Source of the DNA: Ostreococcus lucimarinus
Lineage: Eukaryota
Strand: one strand, 5' to 3'
Assembly (NCBI GenBank): GCA_000092065.1
Contig: CP000591.1
DNA: 64,000 nt
Every line of letters starts with the position of its first letter. The stretch's first letter is position 1. The translations under genes and the position numbers were made by a program. The notes under the pieces are model-generated. The model was not told the origin of the DNA and searched no databases. It was given only the letters and a program-made list of their open reading frames with translations. Shown in pieces: positions 10,627-20,207 of this stretch.

Positions 10627-10699
10627 CGCGAGTCCGTCGCGTCCGTCGTTCGCCGTCGTCGCGCGCGCGCGTGTGCGGATTTCAAATCACATCGCGTCG

Positions 10700-10905
10700 A
10701 CGCGGCGACCGACCGACCGCACGCTCGCACTGTTTGCGCATACGCGCGTCGCGCGCAGACCTCGCCGCGCGCGTCGACGCGACCGCGCGACGCGACCGAA
10801 CGACGCGAGCGAACGAGCGACCGCGCGACCGCGCGAACGAGCGAACGACGCGAGCGAACGACGCGAGCGAACGACGCGACGAAACGACGCGACGAAACGA
10901 CGCCG
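10700..10905. repeat. degenerate 13-mer microsatellite (GAACGACGCGAGC)n in bidirectional promoter/5'UTR
   Basis: ...gaacgagcgaacgacgcgagcgaacgacgcgagcgaacgacgcgacgaaacgacgcgacgaaacgacgcc... lies between the divergent genes at 10626(-) and 10908(+). Confidence 0.6.
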
Positions 10906-10907
10906 CC

Positions 10908-11333
10908 ATGAGCAAAAAGAATAACCGAACGACGGCGGCGAATCGCGTCGAACACGCGAAGCGCGTCGAGCGCGAGGCGCTGGTGAAGAAAGAGGCGCGA
11001 CGGGTGCGAAAGATGGCGGCGATGGCGCTGGCGTCGGACGCGATGGCGGTGGACGGCGCGGGAGGGAAGGGAGGGACGGCGGGGAGGGCGAGGCTGGAGG
11101 CGAAAAACGTGCGCAAGGCGCAGAGCCTGCGCCTCGCGGGAGGGGTGCGAAAGGTGCGAGCGGGGAAGAACACGCACAAGGTGGTTCGAGGCGTGCCGGT
11201 CGGGAAGGCGAAATTGCGAAAGAATGCGGTGGTGATGGGGATTAAGATTGTGGACGCGGCGACGAAGCAGGCGGCGCTCGACGCCATAGCGGAGGCGCGC
11301 GGCGACGGCGGCGCGACGGCGATGCGAAGGTGA
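10908..11333 (+). CDS. small Lys/Arg-rich basic protein (hypothetical, possibly nucleolar)
   Basis: The ORF stays open downstream of a 13-mer microsatellite. The first ATG is MSKKNNRTT. Composition is basic and coiled-coil-like. No family was recognised. Confidence 0.3.
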   Translation: MSKKNNRTTAANRVEHAKRVEREALVKKEARRVRKMAAMALASDAMAVDGAGGKGGTAGRARLEAKNVRKAQSLRLAGGVRKVRAGKNTHKVVRGVPVGKAKLRKNAVVMGIKIVDAATKQAALDAIAEARGDGGATAMRR

Positions 11334-11435
11334 CCTGGCGTCGCGTCGTTTTTGATTCTAAGATTTGAGTGTACTATTGAGAGCTACCGCTACTGTCTAT
11401 CGCTACGATTGCGCGCGCGGCGCGCGAGCGACGCG

Positions 11436-12116
11436 TCACGCGTCTCTGTCGCACCGCAAGACGAACAACGCCTCCTCGTCCGCGTTACACGAGCTCACGA
11501 GCGAACATCGCAGACCGTCGCGACGCATGATCTCCATCACCTCCTCGGGCTCGTTCTGCGCTAATAAAATGCACAAAAACATCCCTCTCGGCGCCAACGC
11601 GCTTCGCACGCTCGGCAACAGTCGGTCGAGCACCTCGCGCCCTCGCGCGCCGCCCGCCCACGAGGCCTCGATGCCGCGCCCGCCCACTTCTTCGCTCGGC
11701 GTGACGACGTATGGTGGATTGAATACGAGCACATCGCACCCACCGGCGTCGGCGAGCGCGTCGGCGTGCGGTTCGAGCAAGTCGCCGAGCGCCGTCGCGC
11801 ACTCCGTCCCGCTCACCCCGTGCGCCTCGCACGTCGCTCGACACGCCGCGACGGCGTCGGGATTGATGTCAGACGCGCGCGTGCGCGTGACGTCGCCGCA
11901 TCCGTGCGCGCGCGCGAGCAGGGCGTTGGAACACGCGATGTAACCGCTTCCAGTACCGAGCTCTATGCAGAGTTTGGGACGCGAGCGCGCGAGCTCGTCG
12001 TCCCAGAGCGCGGCGAGGGCGTCGACGAGGAGGAAGGAGTCTTCCGCGGGAGGGTACACGCTTTCGTGCGTCGCGATCTTCGCCATGGAGGCGAGATTCG
12101 ACGGTGACGGCGCCAT
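11436..12116 (-). CDS. HemK2/N6AMT1/Mtq2-type glutamine methyltransferase
   Basis: VYPPAEDSFLLVDAL...LGTGSG...DINPDAV...VLVFNPPYV reproduces the N6AMT1 motifs, including the NPPY catalytic motif. Confidence 0.8.
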   Translation of the reverse strand: MAPSPSNLASMAKIATHESVYPPAEDSFLLVDALAALWDDELARSRPKLCIELGTGSGYIACSNALLARAHGCGDVTRTRASDINPDAVAACRATCEAHGVSGTECATALGDLLEPHADALADAGGCDVLVFNPPYVVTPSEEVGGRGIEASWAGGARGREVLDRLLPSVRSALAPRGMFLCILLAQNEPEEVMEIMRRDGLRCSLVSSCNADEEALFVLRCDRDA

Positions 12117-12209
12117 GGCCGAGGCGGCGTGTGAAGAAGGACTTTGCGGTGTCGTTTTTGTTCTCTCGCTTTGGCGAATGCTGGCGGTGGCTGCATTCCT
12201 AACGCTACA

Positions 12210-14483
12210 CTAACTATGGGTGGTGTGAACGCCGTCGCCGTCGACGAAGCGCTCGCCGCGGGCGAACGCGGTGAGCTTCGCGCGAAGGGTTTCGCTCCGC
12301 CGCTTGCGGTGCTCGACGTTTTCGACCAAGGACATCTTGGCGGAAAAGACGTTCGATTTCATGTCGATGAGTCTCGCCGCGAGACGGCGGCGCTCGGCGT
12401 CGACGGTGGCGACGTATTTGGTGGCTTCGTCTTTTGCGTCGGCGATGAGATCGGCGGCGGGTGTGTGGGCGTCGATCTCGTCCTCGAGACGGCGCGTCGC
12501 GAAGTCGCGCTTTTCGTCGAGCGCGGCGTAGAGCGCCTCGGATTTCAAACGCAATTTCGCCGTGGTTTCGTCGAAGCGACGCATTTCGTCGATTATTCGC
12601 GCACCAACGAGGTTGCGGGAGACGATCATGTCGTTGTAATCCTCGTCACGGTCAAGGGAGTGCTTTTCTCGAAGCGCAAACGCGGACGCGCATCGTTCGC
12701 GTTCTGCTTGACGCTCAAACGCCGCTGTGGTTTCTTCCACATCTTTCGCCGCGTGAGATGCGGTTGAACATAGCTCGGCGCGCGCATTGAGTTTGCACGA
12801 CACCTTATGACACATTGTTTCGAAACTTGCGAAATCGGCGAGCATCGCTTCGCGGTTGCGTTGCATGCGTTTCAACAACTCAACAGCGTCGACTTGATCA
12901 TCGCTCGGCGCGCTCACGAATTCGGAGACACCATCTGTGCCGAACGCCACGTGTGCGACGTGTTCGGGGAAACATTCTATGGCGTGCTGTCTATAGTGCT
13001 CTTTTGGAACCTTCACATCGCATCCAAACCGCGCGTGCTCGCACACAGACTCAATCATCGGGCACGTCGTCTTTTCATGTGATTCGCGTTGCTCAGCGGG
13101 CATGATGCGCCGGCACAGTGGGCATTGAAACTCCCTAGCTTTGCATCGTAGCTTGTGATCGCCCATTCTTCGTAAGCTCACTTCGCGAGTGCAGTATTCA
13201 CACGGTCGTTGTTGGTACTGACACGACGCTCTGTGCTGAGCGATGCGTTCGCGCGGCACCGTCTCTTTGCAAGTCTCTCGCGTTTCCGAATCTTCGAGTC
13301 GACACACGACGGGGTGCAACAAACATTCTGTTGCCACGTGCGCGTCGACGCCGTCGCGAGCGCCGCGCCACTTACACCGTCTATACGGACAGTGCACTTC
13401 AATTTGACCACAAATCATCACGTGTGCGCGCATCTTACGCACTTGTACCGATCGATCGCAGTCGGCGCACTTTTGAATCCTGTATTCGCACGTCGCTCGG
13501 TGCGAATCCATCGTGCGTCGCGGCACCACCGCGTGGCATTTCTCTGCCTTGTTCGTGCTCTCTGCCGGCAACGAGCACCTCATAAGCGTGTACTCGCACG
13601 TTTCCTCGTGCGCGCGCACTTTGCCCAGCGTGGAAACCGCTCGGCAGCCGTCCAAGGCGACTTTCCACACTAAATTGTCCCCACCCGCGTGCGGCGTCGC
13701 CACGTTGCAGCACATAACCGGTAACGCATCTAAGCGCATCTGCGTCTGTACGTCCAACCCAAAAAGCTTCGCGCGCGCATCTCCCTCATTTTCGCGTCCA
13801 CAAGGCGCGCAAAACAACCGCCCCTGCGCGTTCACCAACGGCTCCGCGGCAAAGTCTCTACACGTGTGACATCGCAACTCATCCGGCGGCGGCGTCAACA
13901 CCATCGTCCCCGCGCGTCGCCACCGCGTGAGCGACTCCGAAAGATGAAACCAATTATGTATCATTAGTTCCGACGTCGCCATCGTTCCCTCGGGCACGAT
14001 ACCTTCCTCTTCCGCTCGTTTCGCCTCCGCCGCGCACGCCTCCGCCGCGCTCTTCGGCGTCGTCACCGCCGTCAGCGGCCACCACTTTCCCCTCTCCTCC
14101 TCGCTCGCGTCGCTCTCCGTGTCGCTCTGATCGCGTCCATCGTGCGCCACCTCTTCGCACCGCGCGGCGTACAGTCTTTCGACGTCTTCCGCTAATAACG
14201 CGCCCTTGGCGTTGGCGATGGATTCAACAAACTTTTGCGTCGTCAGATGTTTATCGCGCCGTCGCGCGCGGGCCTCGTCCTCGCTCGAATCGCTCGATCG
14301 CGCGTCGTCGCGCGTGCGCACGGGTGCGTCTTCCACGGCGGGCGCGAGCGCGCGCGCGCCGCGGACGGCGTCGCGGCGGGGGCGGGACATCGCGGCGACG
14401 TCCCGGCCCGCGGCTCGCAGTGGCGCGTCGCGGCGCGGCGTCGCGGTTCTCTGATGGCGTTCGGGCCACTGATCGATACACAT
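12210..14483 (-). CDS. TRAF-type zinc-finger protein with C-terminal coiled coil
   Basis: An N-terminal C-x2-C...C-x2-C element (CHTCRD...CAPCG) is followed by several zf-TRAF units (H-x3-C-x-Y...C...C...H...C), then a ~250 aa coiled coil. The track start is GTG; the first ATG is 14483. A later MSRPRRD (~14393) is also possible. Confidence 0.6.
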   Translation of the reverse strand: MCIDQWPERHQRTATPRRDAPLRAAGRDVAAMSRPRRDAVRGARALAPAVEDAPVRTRDDARSSDSSEDEARARRRDKHLTTQKFVESIANAKGALLAEDVERLYAARCEEVAHDGRDQSDTESDASEEERGKWWPLTAVTTPKSAAEACAAEAKRAEEEGIVPEGTMATSELMIHNWFHLSESLTRWRRAGTMVLTPPPDELRCHTCRDFAAEPLVNAQGRLFCAPCGRENEGDARAKLFGLDVQTQMRLDALPVMCCNVATPHAGGDNLVWKVALDGCRAVSTLGKVRAHEETCEYTLMRCSLPAESTNKAEKCHAVVPRRTMDSHRATCEYRIQKCADCDRSVQVRKMRAHVMICGQIEVHCPYRRCKWRGARDGVDAHVATECLLHPVVCRLEDSETRETCKETVPRERIAQHRASCQYQQRPCEYCTREVSLRRMGDHKLRCKAREFQCPLCRRIMPAEQRESHEKTTCPMIESVCEHARFGCDVKVPKEHYRQHAIECFPEHVAHVAFGTDGVSEFVSAPSDDQVDAVELLKRMQRNREAMLADFASFETMCHKVSCKLNARAELCSTASHAAKDVEETTAAFERQAERERCASAFALREKHSLDRDEDYNDMIVSRNLVGARIIDEMRRFDETTAKLRLKSEALYAALDEKRDFATRRLEDEIDAHTPAADLIADAKDEATKYVATVDAERRRLAARLIDMKSNVFSAKMSLVENVEHRKRRSETLRAKLTAFARGERFVDGDGVHTTHS

Positions 14484-14520
14484 GATACATACAATCACAA
14501 AATGACGAACGAAGGCGCGC

Positions 14521-15360
14521 CTAATACCCGCACAAATGCTCGTCCTTGAGGATGATGCCGAAGTGCGAGGGATCGCCGCCGGCGTCCTTGGCGCGCTCGG
14601 ATTTCGCGAAGGCTTCGCGCGCGTCTCGCTTGACTAAGTCTTTCCCGATCAACGTCTCGGTCGGTTTGCCGAGCTTTTCGCAACAATAAAAGACAATTTT
14701 GGGCGTGCGCTTTTGCTCGACGACGCGCAAACCGCACGCGCGAAGCAAACGGCTCATCTTCTCTTGCGACATGCGCGTGGACGCCGTGACGCAACGCAAC
14801 GGAAGCATCATAAAGAATAATCCTTTCGGACGTAAAAACGTCGCCGTGCGCGCGATCATCTCCCCCCTGAGCTCCGCCGTGGGCACACAATTCACCACCA
14901 TGCTCGAGTGTATCACGTCGTACGATTCAGCCTCCACGGGCATGTCAAAAAAATCCAACTGTTCAATCTTCGGATGCCGCGACTTGACGTCGATGGCGCG
15001 CACGTCTAAAAATTTCGCGCTCATCAAATCCGTATTGATCGCCCCAACCTCCAAAGTCTTAAGCGCGCGCTCTCCGCGCTTCGGTCGTCGATTCTTTTTC
15101 GTCAGCACGCTAAACGTCCACTTCGCCGTTCGATGTCTCCGCGTCGTCAGCGCGCTCGCCTCTTGATACGCGTCCCGTCCCCCGATCGCTTCCAGCGTCG
15201 CCTTCGCCCTCGCCTTCGCCTCTTTCGACGCCTTCGCGTCGTCCAACACTCGCGTGACGCCGTGAAACTCCGTCGTCACCGCTCGCGCGCGCTTCATCGA
15301 CTTCATCGACGCGAACAGCGGTTTCGTCGCCTTGCGCTTTTTCCCGCGCGGCGTCCCCAT
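14521..15360 (-). CDS. Bmt2/SAMTOR-like rRNA methyltransferase
   Basis: LEVGAINTDLMSAKFLDVRAIDVKSRHPKIEQLDFFDMP...VVNCVPTAELRGEMIARTATFLRPKGLFFMMLPLRCV resembles yeast Bmt2 (LNFVP...RGEML...FL...LPLPC). The start is taken at MGTPRGKKRK (15360); the upstream ORF portion is an Arg-rich run. Confidence 0.5.
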   Translation of the reverse strand: MGTPRGKKRKATKPLFASMKSMKRARAVTTEFHGVTRVLDDAKASKEAKARAKATLEAIGGRDAYQEASALTTRRHRTAKWTFSVLTKKNRRPKRGERALKTLEVGAINTDLMSAKFLDVRAIDVKSRHPKIEQLDFFDMPVEAESYDVIHSSMVVNCVPTAELRGEMIARTATFLRPKGLFFMMLPLRCVTASTRMSQEKMSRLLRACGLRVVEQKRTPKIVFYCCEKLGKPTETLIGKDLVKRDAREAFAKSERAKDAGGDPSHFGIILKDEHLCGY

Positions 15361-15649
15361 CGGTCGTCCCGCGTCGTCCCGCGTCGTCGTCCCGCGTCGT
15401 CGTCGCGCGCGCGCGATCGTTCGTTCGTTCGCGCGTCGCGTCGCGCCGCCGCCGTCGCGACGCGTCGCGCCGCGCCGCCGCCGTCGCGCGTCGCGTCGCG
15501 AAATCACACCGCGCGCGACGCCGTCGCCATCGGCCGCGCGCGGTCGACGACCCGCGCGCACTTCGCGACGCGACCGATCGATCGGTCGCCATGGGGAGTG
15601 CGTCGCGCGCGCCGATCGCGACGACGGAATCGCGACGCGATGACGCGCC

Positions 15650-15725
15650 GACCGCGACGCGCGTTCGATCGATGGATCGATGGATGGCTCGATGGATGGA
15701 TGGATGAATGGATGGATCGCGAAGT
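15650..15725. repeat. (GGAT/ATGG)n microsatellite in divergent promoter
   Basis: cgatcgatggatcgatggatggctcgatggatggatggatgaatggatggatcg lies between the Bmt2-like(-) and annexin(+) starts. Immediately 5' is (CGTCGTCCCG)n at 15361..15400. Confidence 0.6.
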
Positions 15726-15824
15726 GCGCTCGAAATGCGCTCGAAAGCGCGCGATGACGCGATGACTGACGAAGCGACGCGCGACGCGCGATGAATAGTA
15801 TGCTCGAGCGCGCCGGAACCGACG

Positions 15825-17441
15825 ATGCGGGCGGACTTCGGACCGTGCCCGCAGGATAGAGACGGACGCGCGGCGTGGGAGTTGGCGAACGCAATCGCGT
15901 GCGAGAATACGCGAGAGATTCTGAAGCGGATCGTGCTGAACGTGCCGGTGTTTTCGAACCCGCGAGGGATGTTGAGGATGGATTACATTAAGCGCGTGAT
16001 CGTGGAAACGTACAACATGATGGGGTACGGGGATTTGAAGTCGGACGTGAAGGAGAAGACGCACGGGGACTTGGAAGATTTCATGATGTCGTTGTTGAGC
16101 GATAGATTGGATTTCGAGGCGCAGACGGTGATGCGAGCGATTAAGGGTTTCGGTACGGATGAAGCGACGCTGATCACCATTCTGTGCACGCTCGCGGAGG
16201 AGGATATCTTGCCGTTGCAAATGGCGTTTTCGTCGCGATACGAAAAGTCCATGGAACAAGCCGTGCTGTCGGAGACGAGCGGAAAGTTTAAGCGCGTGCT
16301 TTTGCTCGCCGGTTGCGATGGCGTGGGTGAATCATACGCGAAAGTCATTAATTCCGCCGTCGCTGGTCTCGGTACGGACACCAAGGCTATTATTCGCTTG
16401 ATGGTGACGGCGACGCCCGAGCAACTCGACGCGACGCGCGAGGCGTACTCTCGGATCTACAAGAAGGATCTCATCCGCGCCGTGGGAAGCGAGTGGAAGG
16501 TGAGGGGCGATTTCAAGCGAATAATCGAAGCCTTGGCGAAGCGTCACCCGGCGAACGTGAACGATGACGCCGATATCGATTACTCCGCCGACGTGCGAGC
16601 CATGCGCAACGCCGTCGAAGGCATGGGCACCGACGAAGCCGCCGTCATCGCCCTCTTGGCGAACAAGTCGCACAAGCAGATCGAGGCCTTCCGTGAAGCG
16701 TACAAGATCGAAACCGGGGAGTTGCTGCGCGAACGCATTCGCAACGAAACCACTGGTTTGTTTGAGAGCAAGCTGTTCCGCGAAACGCTCATGGGTTTGC
16801 TGACGCCGCGCGAGGAACAAATCGCCATCTACCTCGGCGAAGCGATGGCGGGCTGGGGCAACGACGATTGGGGTCTTATTTCTATGCTCGTTCATCGCAC
16901 GGAGGAAGAAAAGATGGCGATTCGCACCAAATACACCGAACACTTCGGTGGCGATCTCATCGCTGACATCCGCTCAAACTGCCGCGGCGACTACGAAGAC
17001 GCCCTCGTGGCGTGCATCTCTCCGAAGGCGCGCACGCTCGCCCGCGGTATCCGAAAGTGCATCTCTGGTTGGTTCTCGAGCACCAACAAGACCGGTCTCA
17101 TGGCGCTCATGACGCACAAGGACGACTTGATGCCCATCTTGCGCAAGGAGTTTGAAAAGGAATACAACGGCAAGACGCTGCAGGGCGTCATAAAAAAAGA
17201 GTGCGCGGGCGAGTTCGAAGCCGCTTTGGTCTCTCTCGCCTCGTACACCCCGCCCAAGGGCGCCAAGCCGTTAGGTCCGGACGACGAAGTTCCACCGCCA
17301 CCGGAATCCGCCGCGCCGCCGCAACCCGTCGGCTACGGCGCCGTCGCGCCGCCGCAAACCGTGTACGTCACGGCGCCACCCGCTGGCTACCCCCCCGGCG
17401 GGTACGCCCCGCAACCGCCCGCGCGTCAAGATTCGTGGTAA
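15825..17441 (+). CDS. annexin (multi-repeat) with Pro/Gly/Tyr-rich C-terminal tail
   Basis: Repeated endonexin folds KGFGTDEATLITIL, GLGTDTKAIIRLMV, GMGTDEAAVIALLA and GWGNDDWGLISML. The C-terminus is PPQPVGYGAVAPPQTVYVTAPPAGYPPGGYAPQPP. Confidence 0.85.
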   Translation: MRADFGPCPQDRDGRAAWELANAIACENTREILKRIVLNVPVFSNPRGMLRMDYIKRVIVETYNMMGYGDLKSDVKEKTHGDLEDFMMSLLSDRLDFEAQTVMRAIKGFGTDEATLITILCTLAEEDILPLQMAFSSRYEKSMEQAVLSETSGKFKRVLLLAGCDGVGESYAKVINSAVAGLGTDTKAIIRLMVTATPEQLDATREAYSRIYKKDLIRAVGSEWKVRGDFKRIIEALAKRHPANVNDDADIDYSADVRAMRNAVEGMGTDEAAVIALLANKSHKQIEAFREAYKIETGELLRERIRNETTGLFESKLFRETLMGLLTPREEQIAIYLGEAMAGWGNDDWGLISMLVHRTEEEKMAIRTKYTEHFGGDLIADIRSNCRGDYEDALVACISPKARTLARGIRKCISGWFSSTNKTGLMALMTHKDDLMPILRKEFEKEYNGKTLQGVIKKECAGEFEAALVSLASYTPPKGAKPLGPDDEVPPPPESAAPPQPVGYGAVAPPQTVYVTAPPAGYPPGGYAPQPPARQDSW

Positions 17442-17747
17442 TCGCGCCGCGTTCCGTCGCGTCGGCGCCGTCTTTCATAAAAACTCTTCATCCGTCATCC
17501 AACCACCGTCCGCGCGTGCGTCTCGTCACTCATCGCCTCGCGCGATCGCGGCGCTCGACCGATGCCGCCTCAGACGCGCCGCGCGCGCGCGACCGTCGCG
17601 GTGCGTCGCGCGCGTCGTCTCGCGCGACGCGGCGACGTCGAGATTCGACCGCGCGAATTCCCGCGCGACGCCCGAATCTGACGTCGCGACGCGCGCGCGA
17701 CGCGAAGACTGACGCGAACGCGCGCGCGAACGCTCGAATAGGCGACG

Positions 17748-18932
17748 ATGGTGAGCGCGATGGCGATGCTCGCCGCGCCGGCGCGCGGGAGCGAGTTACA
17801 TCGCGTGCGGATGACGAAGAGAGAGGCGCCGGAGGACGGCGGCGCGGCGTGGCGCGCGCGCGCGGAGGCGAGCGTGGAGCGATTGCGGAAGAGGTACGAC
17901 GCGAAAGAAGGGACGATGGACGCGAGCGATGAAGAACGGTCGGCGCCGAAGCGCGGGGGCGTGGATGTACACAATTACATGGATGCGCAGTATTACGGGG
18001 AGATTGAAATCGGCAACCCGCGACAAAAGTTCCAAGTCGTCTTCGACACCGGAAGCTCGAACCTCTGGGTGCCGAGCTCGAAGTGTGGATTTCTGCAGAT
18101 TCCGTGCGACTTGCACGCAAAGTTCGATTCGCGAGCGTCGGAGACGTACGAGGCGGATGGGACGCCGTTTGCGATTCAGTACGGAAGCGGCTCGTTGAGC
18201 GGATTTTTGTCCAAGGACGAAGTCAAAGTCGGCGACTTGGTCGTCCAGGGGCAGTACTTCGCCGAAGCGACGAAAGAGCCGGGGATCGCGTTCTTGTTTT
18301 CGAAGTTCGACGGTATACTCGGTCTCGGGTTCGACAACATCGCCGTGGACAAGGTGAAGCCGGTGTTCTACAACATGATGGAGCAAGGCTTGGTTGAAAA
18401 TAAAATGTTTAGCTTTTGGCTGAACCGCACGTCGACGAAGGATGGGATGCCGAGCGAGGTCGGTGGCGAGCTCATTTTTGGCGGGTCTGATCCCGACCAC
18501 TTCATCGGCGAGCACACGTACGCCCCCGTCACGCGTGAAGGGTACTGGCAAATCAAAATGGACGACTTCAAAGTCGACGGGCGTTCGTTGGGCGCGTGCG
18601 ACGGCGACGACGGTTGCCAAGTCATCGCCGATACGGGGACGTCCTTGCTCGCCGGTCCGACGGAGATCGTAAACAAGATTAACGACTACATCGGCGCACA
18701 CTCTATGATCGGCGAGGAGTGCCGATTATTGATCGATCAGTACGCCGAACAGTTTGTAGAAGACCTCGAGAACTACTCGAGCGAGCAAATTTGCGCCTCC
18801 ATCGGCGCGTGCGACGCCGACGGAGTGGAAGCGATGGAAGCCGATGACGACGATGATGTTACTTCGCATCTCGCCATCGCTCGAAAGTTGTTGCATCGCC
18901 ACGGCGATCACGATGGACACGACCACGATGGA

Positions 18933-18972
<40 letters not shown>

Positions 18973-19502
18973 GAGATGGCCGCCGCGGTCATCGCGAACA
19001 CGAGCGTCGCGGCCGCCGCGGTCCGCGTCGCCACGGTCGAGGTCCGCATCATCACGGACGCCATCCACCGCGAGGCGAGCTTGGTAAATCCTCGAGCTCG
19101 TTTGAAGGCCAAATCGCGTGCACGGCGTGCAAAACCGTCGTCAATTACGCGCAAGACATGCTCGCGCAAAACGTCACCGAGAAAATAATCGTCAACGAAG
19201 TCAAGCGCGTGTGCGATATGGTTCCTAGCGTCGGTGGCACCGCGTCCGTGGATTGCGACAACATCCCAAACATGCCCGACGTCGAATTCGTCATCGGCGG
19301 CGTCCCTTTCAAGCTCACACCCGAGCAATACGTCTTAAAAGTCTACCAAGACGGCGAGGCGCAGTGCGTGAGCGGTTTCATGGGCATGGACATCCCGAAG
19401 CCCGCGGGTCCGCTTTGGATCTTGGGCGACGTGTTTTTGGGCCCGTACCACACTGAATTCGACTACGCCAACCGTCGCGTCGGCTTCGCGCCCGCGGCGT
19501 GA
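17748..19502 (+). CDS. phytepsin-like aspartic protease (A1 family) with plant-specific saposin-like insert
   Basis: YMDAQYYGEIEIGNPRQKFQVVFDTGSSNLWVPSSKC and DTGTSLLAGP are the two catalytic Asp motifs. The PSI shows ECRLLIDQYAEQ...CASIGAC and then CTACKTVVNYAQDML...C...C. A long His-rich (HD)n tract is inserted in the PSI. A TGTAA poly(A)-type signal lies 29 nt after the stop. Confidence 0.9.
18921..18972 (+). repeat. coding (CACGAC)n hexanucleotide repeat encoding (His-Asp)n
   Basis: gaccacgatggacacgaccacgaccacgaccacgaccacgaccacgaccacgga sits inside the aspartic protease CDS and translates to DHDGHDHDHDHDHDHDHG. Confidence 0.9.
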
Positions 19503-19530
19503 GCCATTCCTCCGCGTCGCGGACGCGTCT

Positions 19531-19535
19531 TGTAA
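19531..19535 (+). other. TGTAA chlorophyte-type polyadenylation signal (candidate)
   Basis: tgtaa lies 29 nt after the phytepsin stop. Similar tgtaa motifs lie at 20131 (47 nt after the APC11 stop) and 38587 (154 nt after the CNOT4 stop). TGTAA is the established poly(A) signal of green algae. Confidence 0.35.
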
Positions 19536-19649
19536 TCACACTCCGACACGTATACATTTCAAAAGCACCAGCCAGCGCTCGTGCAACTTCCGTCGTCATC
19601 GCGACGCCCCACACGACGACGCGCGAATCTCGCGCGGTTCGCGCGGGTG

Positions 19650-20084
19650 ATGGTGGAAACGCGTTCGAGTCCTCGTCGCGCGCGCGCAGAAACCGCGTCA
19701 TCGCGCGCGGCGACGACGGAAACGACGACGGAAACGGCGCCAACGCCGTCGTCCACCGGTCTCATCTTGAACGTCAAAACCTGGCACGGCGTCGGCGCGT
19801 GGACGTGGGGCGCCGGCGACGTCGGTGACGTGTGTGGCATATGTCGCATCGCCTTCGACGGGTGCCCGCCGGACGCGAAGTTCCCAGGGGACGATTCTCC
19901 GGTGGTGTGGGGAAAGTGCGGGCACGCGTTTCATTTGCAGTGCATCACGAAGTGGTTGAGCGGGGCCAACGCGGAGGCGCCGAGGTGTCCGATTTGCCGA
20001 GGAGCGTGGGAGTTTAAGGAACTGGAGGGCGCGGACGCGAACGCGAACGCGAACGGGGGTCAGGGGGATGAGATGTCGACGTGA
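19650..20084 (+). CDS. APC11: anaphase-promoting complex subunit 11 (RING-H2)
   Basis: LILNVKTWHGVGAWTWGAGDVGDVCGICRIAFDGCPPDAKFPGDDSPVVWGKCGHAFHLQCITKWL...CPICRGAWEF aligns to human ANAPC11 from residue 2 onward. There is a ~45-aa low-complexity N-terminal extension. The first ATG is 19650; the track ORF started at a GTG. Confidence 0.8.
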   Translation: MVETRSSPRRARAETASSRAATTETTTETAPTPSSTGLILNVKTWHGVGAWTWGAGDVGDVCGICRIAFDGCPPDAKFPGDDSPVVWGKCGHAFHLQCITKWLSGANAEAPRCPICRGAWEFKELEGADANANANGGQGDEMST

Positions 20085-20207
20085 CGTCGTCGTGAGTTAA
20101 TTTGTTTAGCCTAGGTAGCCGTACAGTGTTTTGTAACGCGTAGTAACCTGATCGTACAGTACATCCGTCGGGGATTATTGATCTCACCGCGCGGGGTGAG
20201 TTTTGTT

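Noticed and set aside
18921-18972. Tandem repeats checked as a possible CRISPR array, here and at 10700..10905 and 63855..64000.
   Set aside because: Units are 3-13 nt microsatellites or telomere repeats without spacers. The sequence is eukaryotic (spliceosomal introns, telomere). No CRISPR.
20160-20200. Imperfect palindrome tctcaccgcgcggggtgag in the APC11/TRB-like convergent spacer.
   Set aside because: The stem is imperfect (ctcaccgcg vs ctcaccccg). Likely incidental. Noted only as possible 3'UTR structure.
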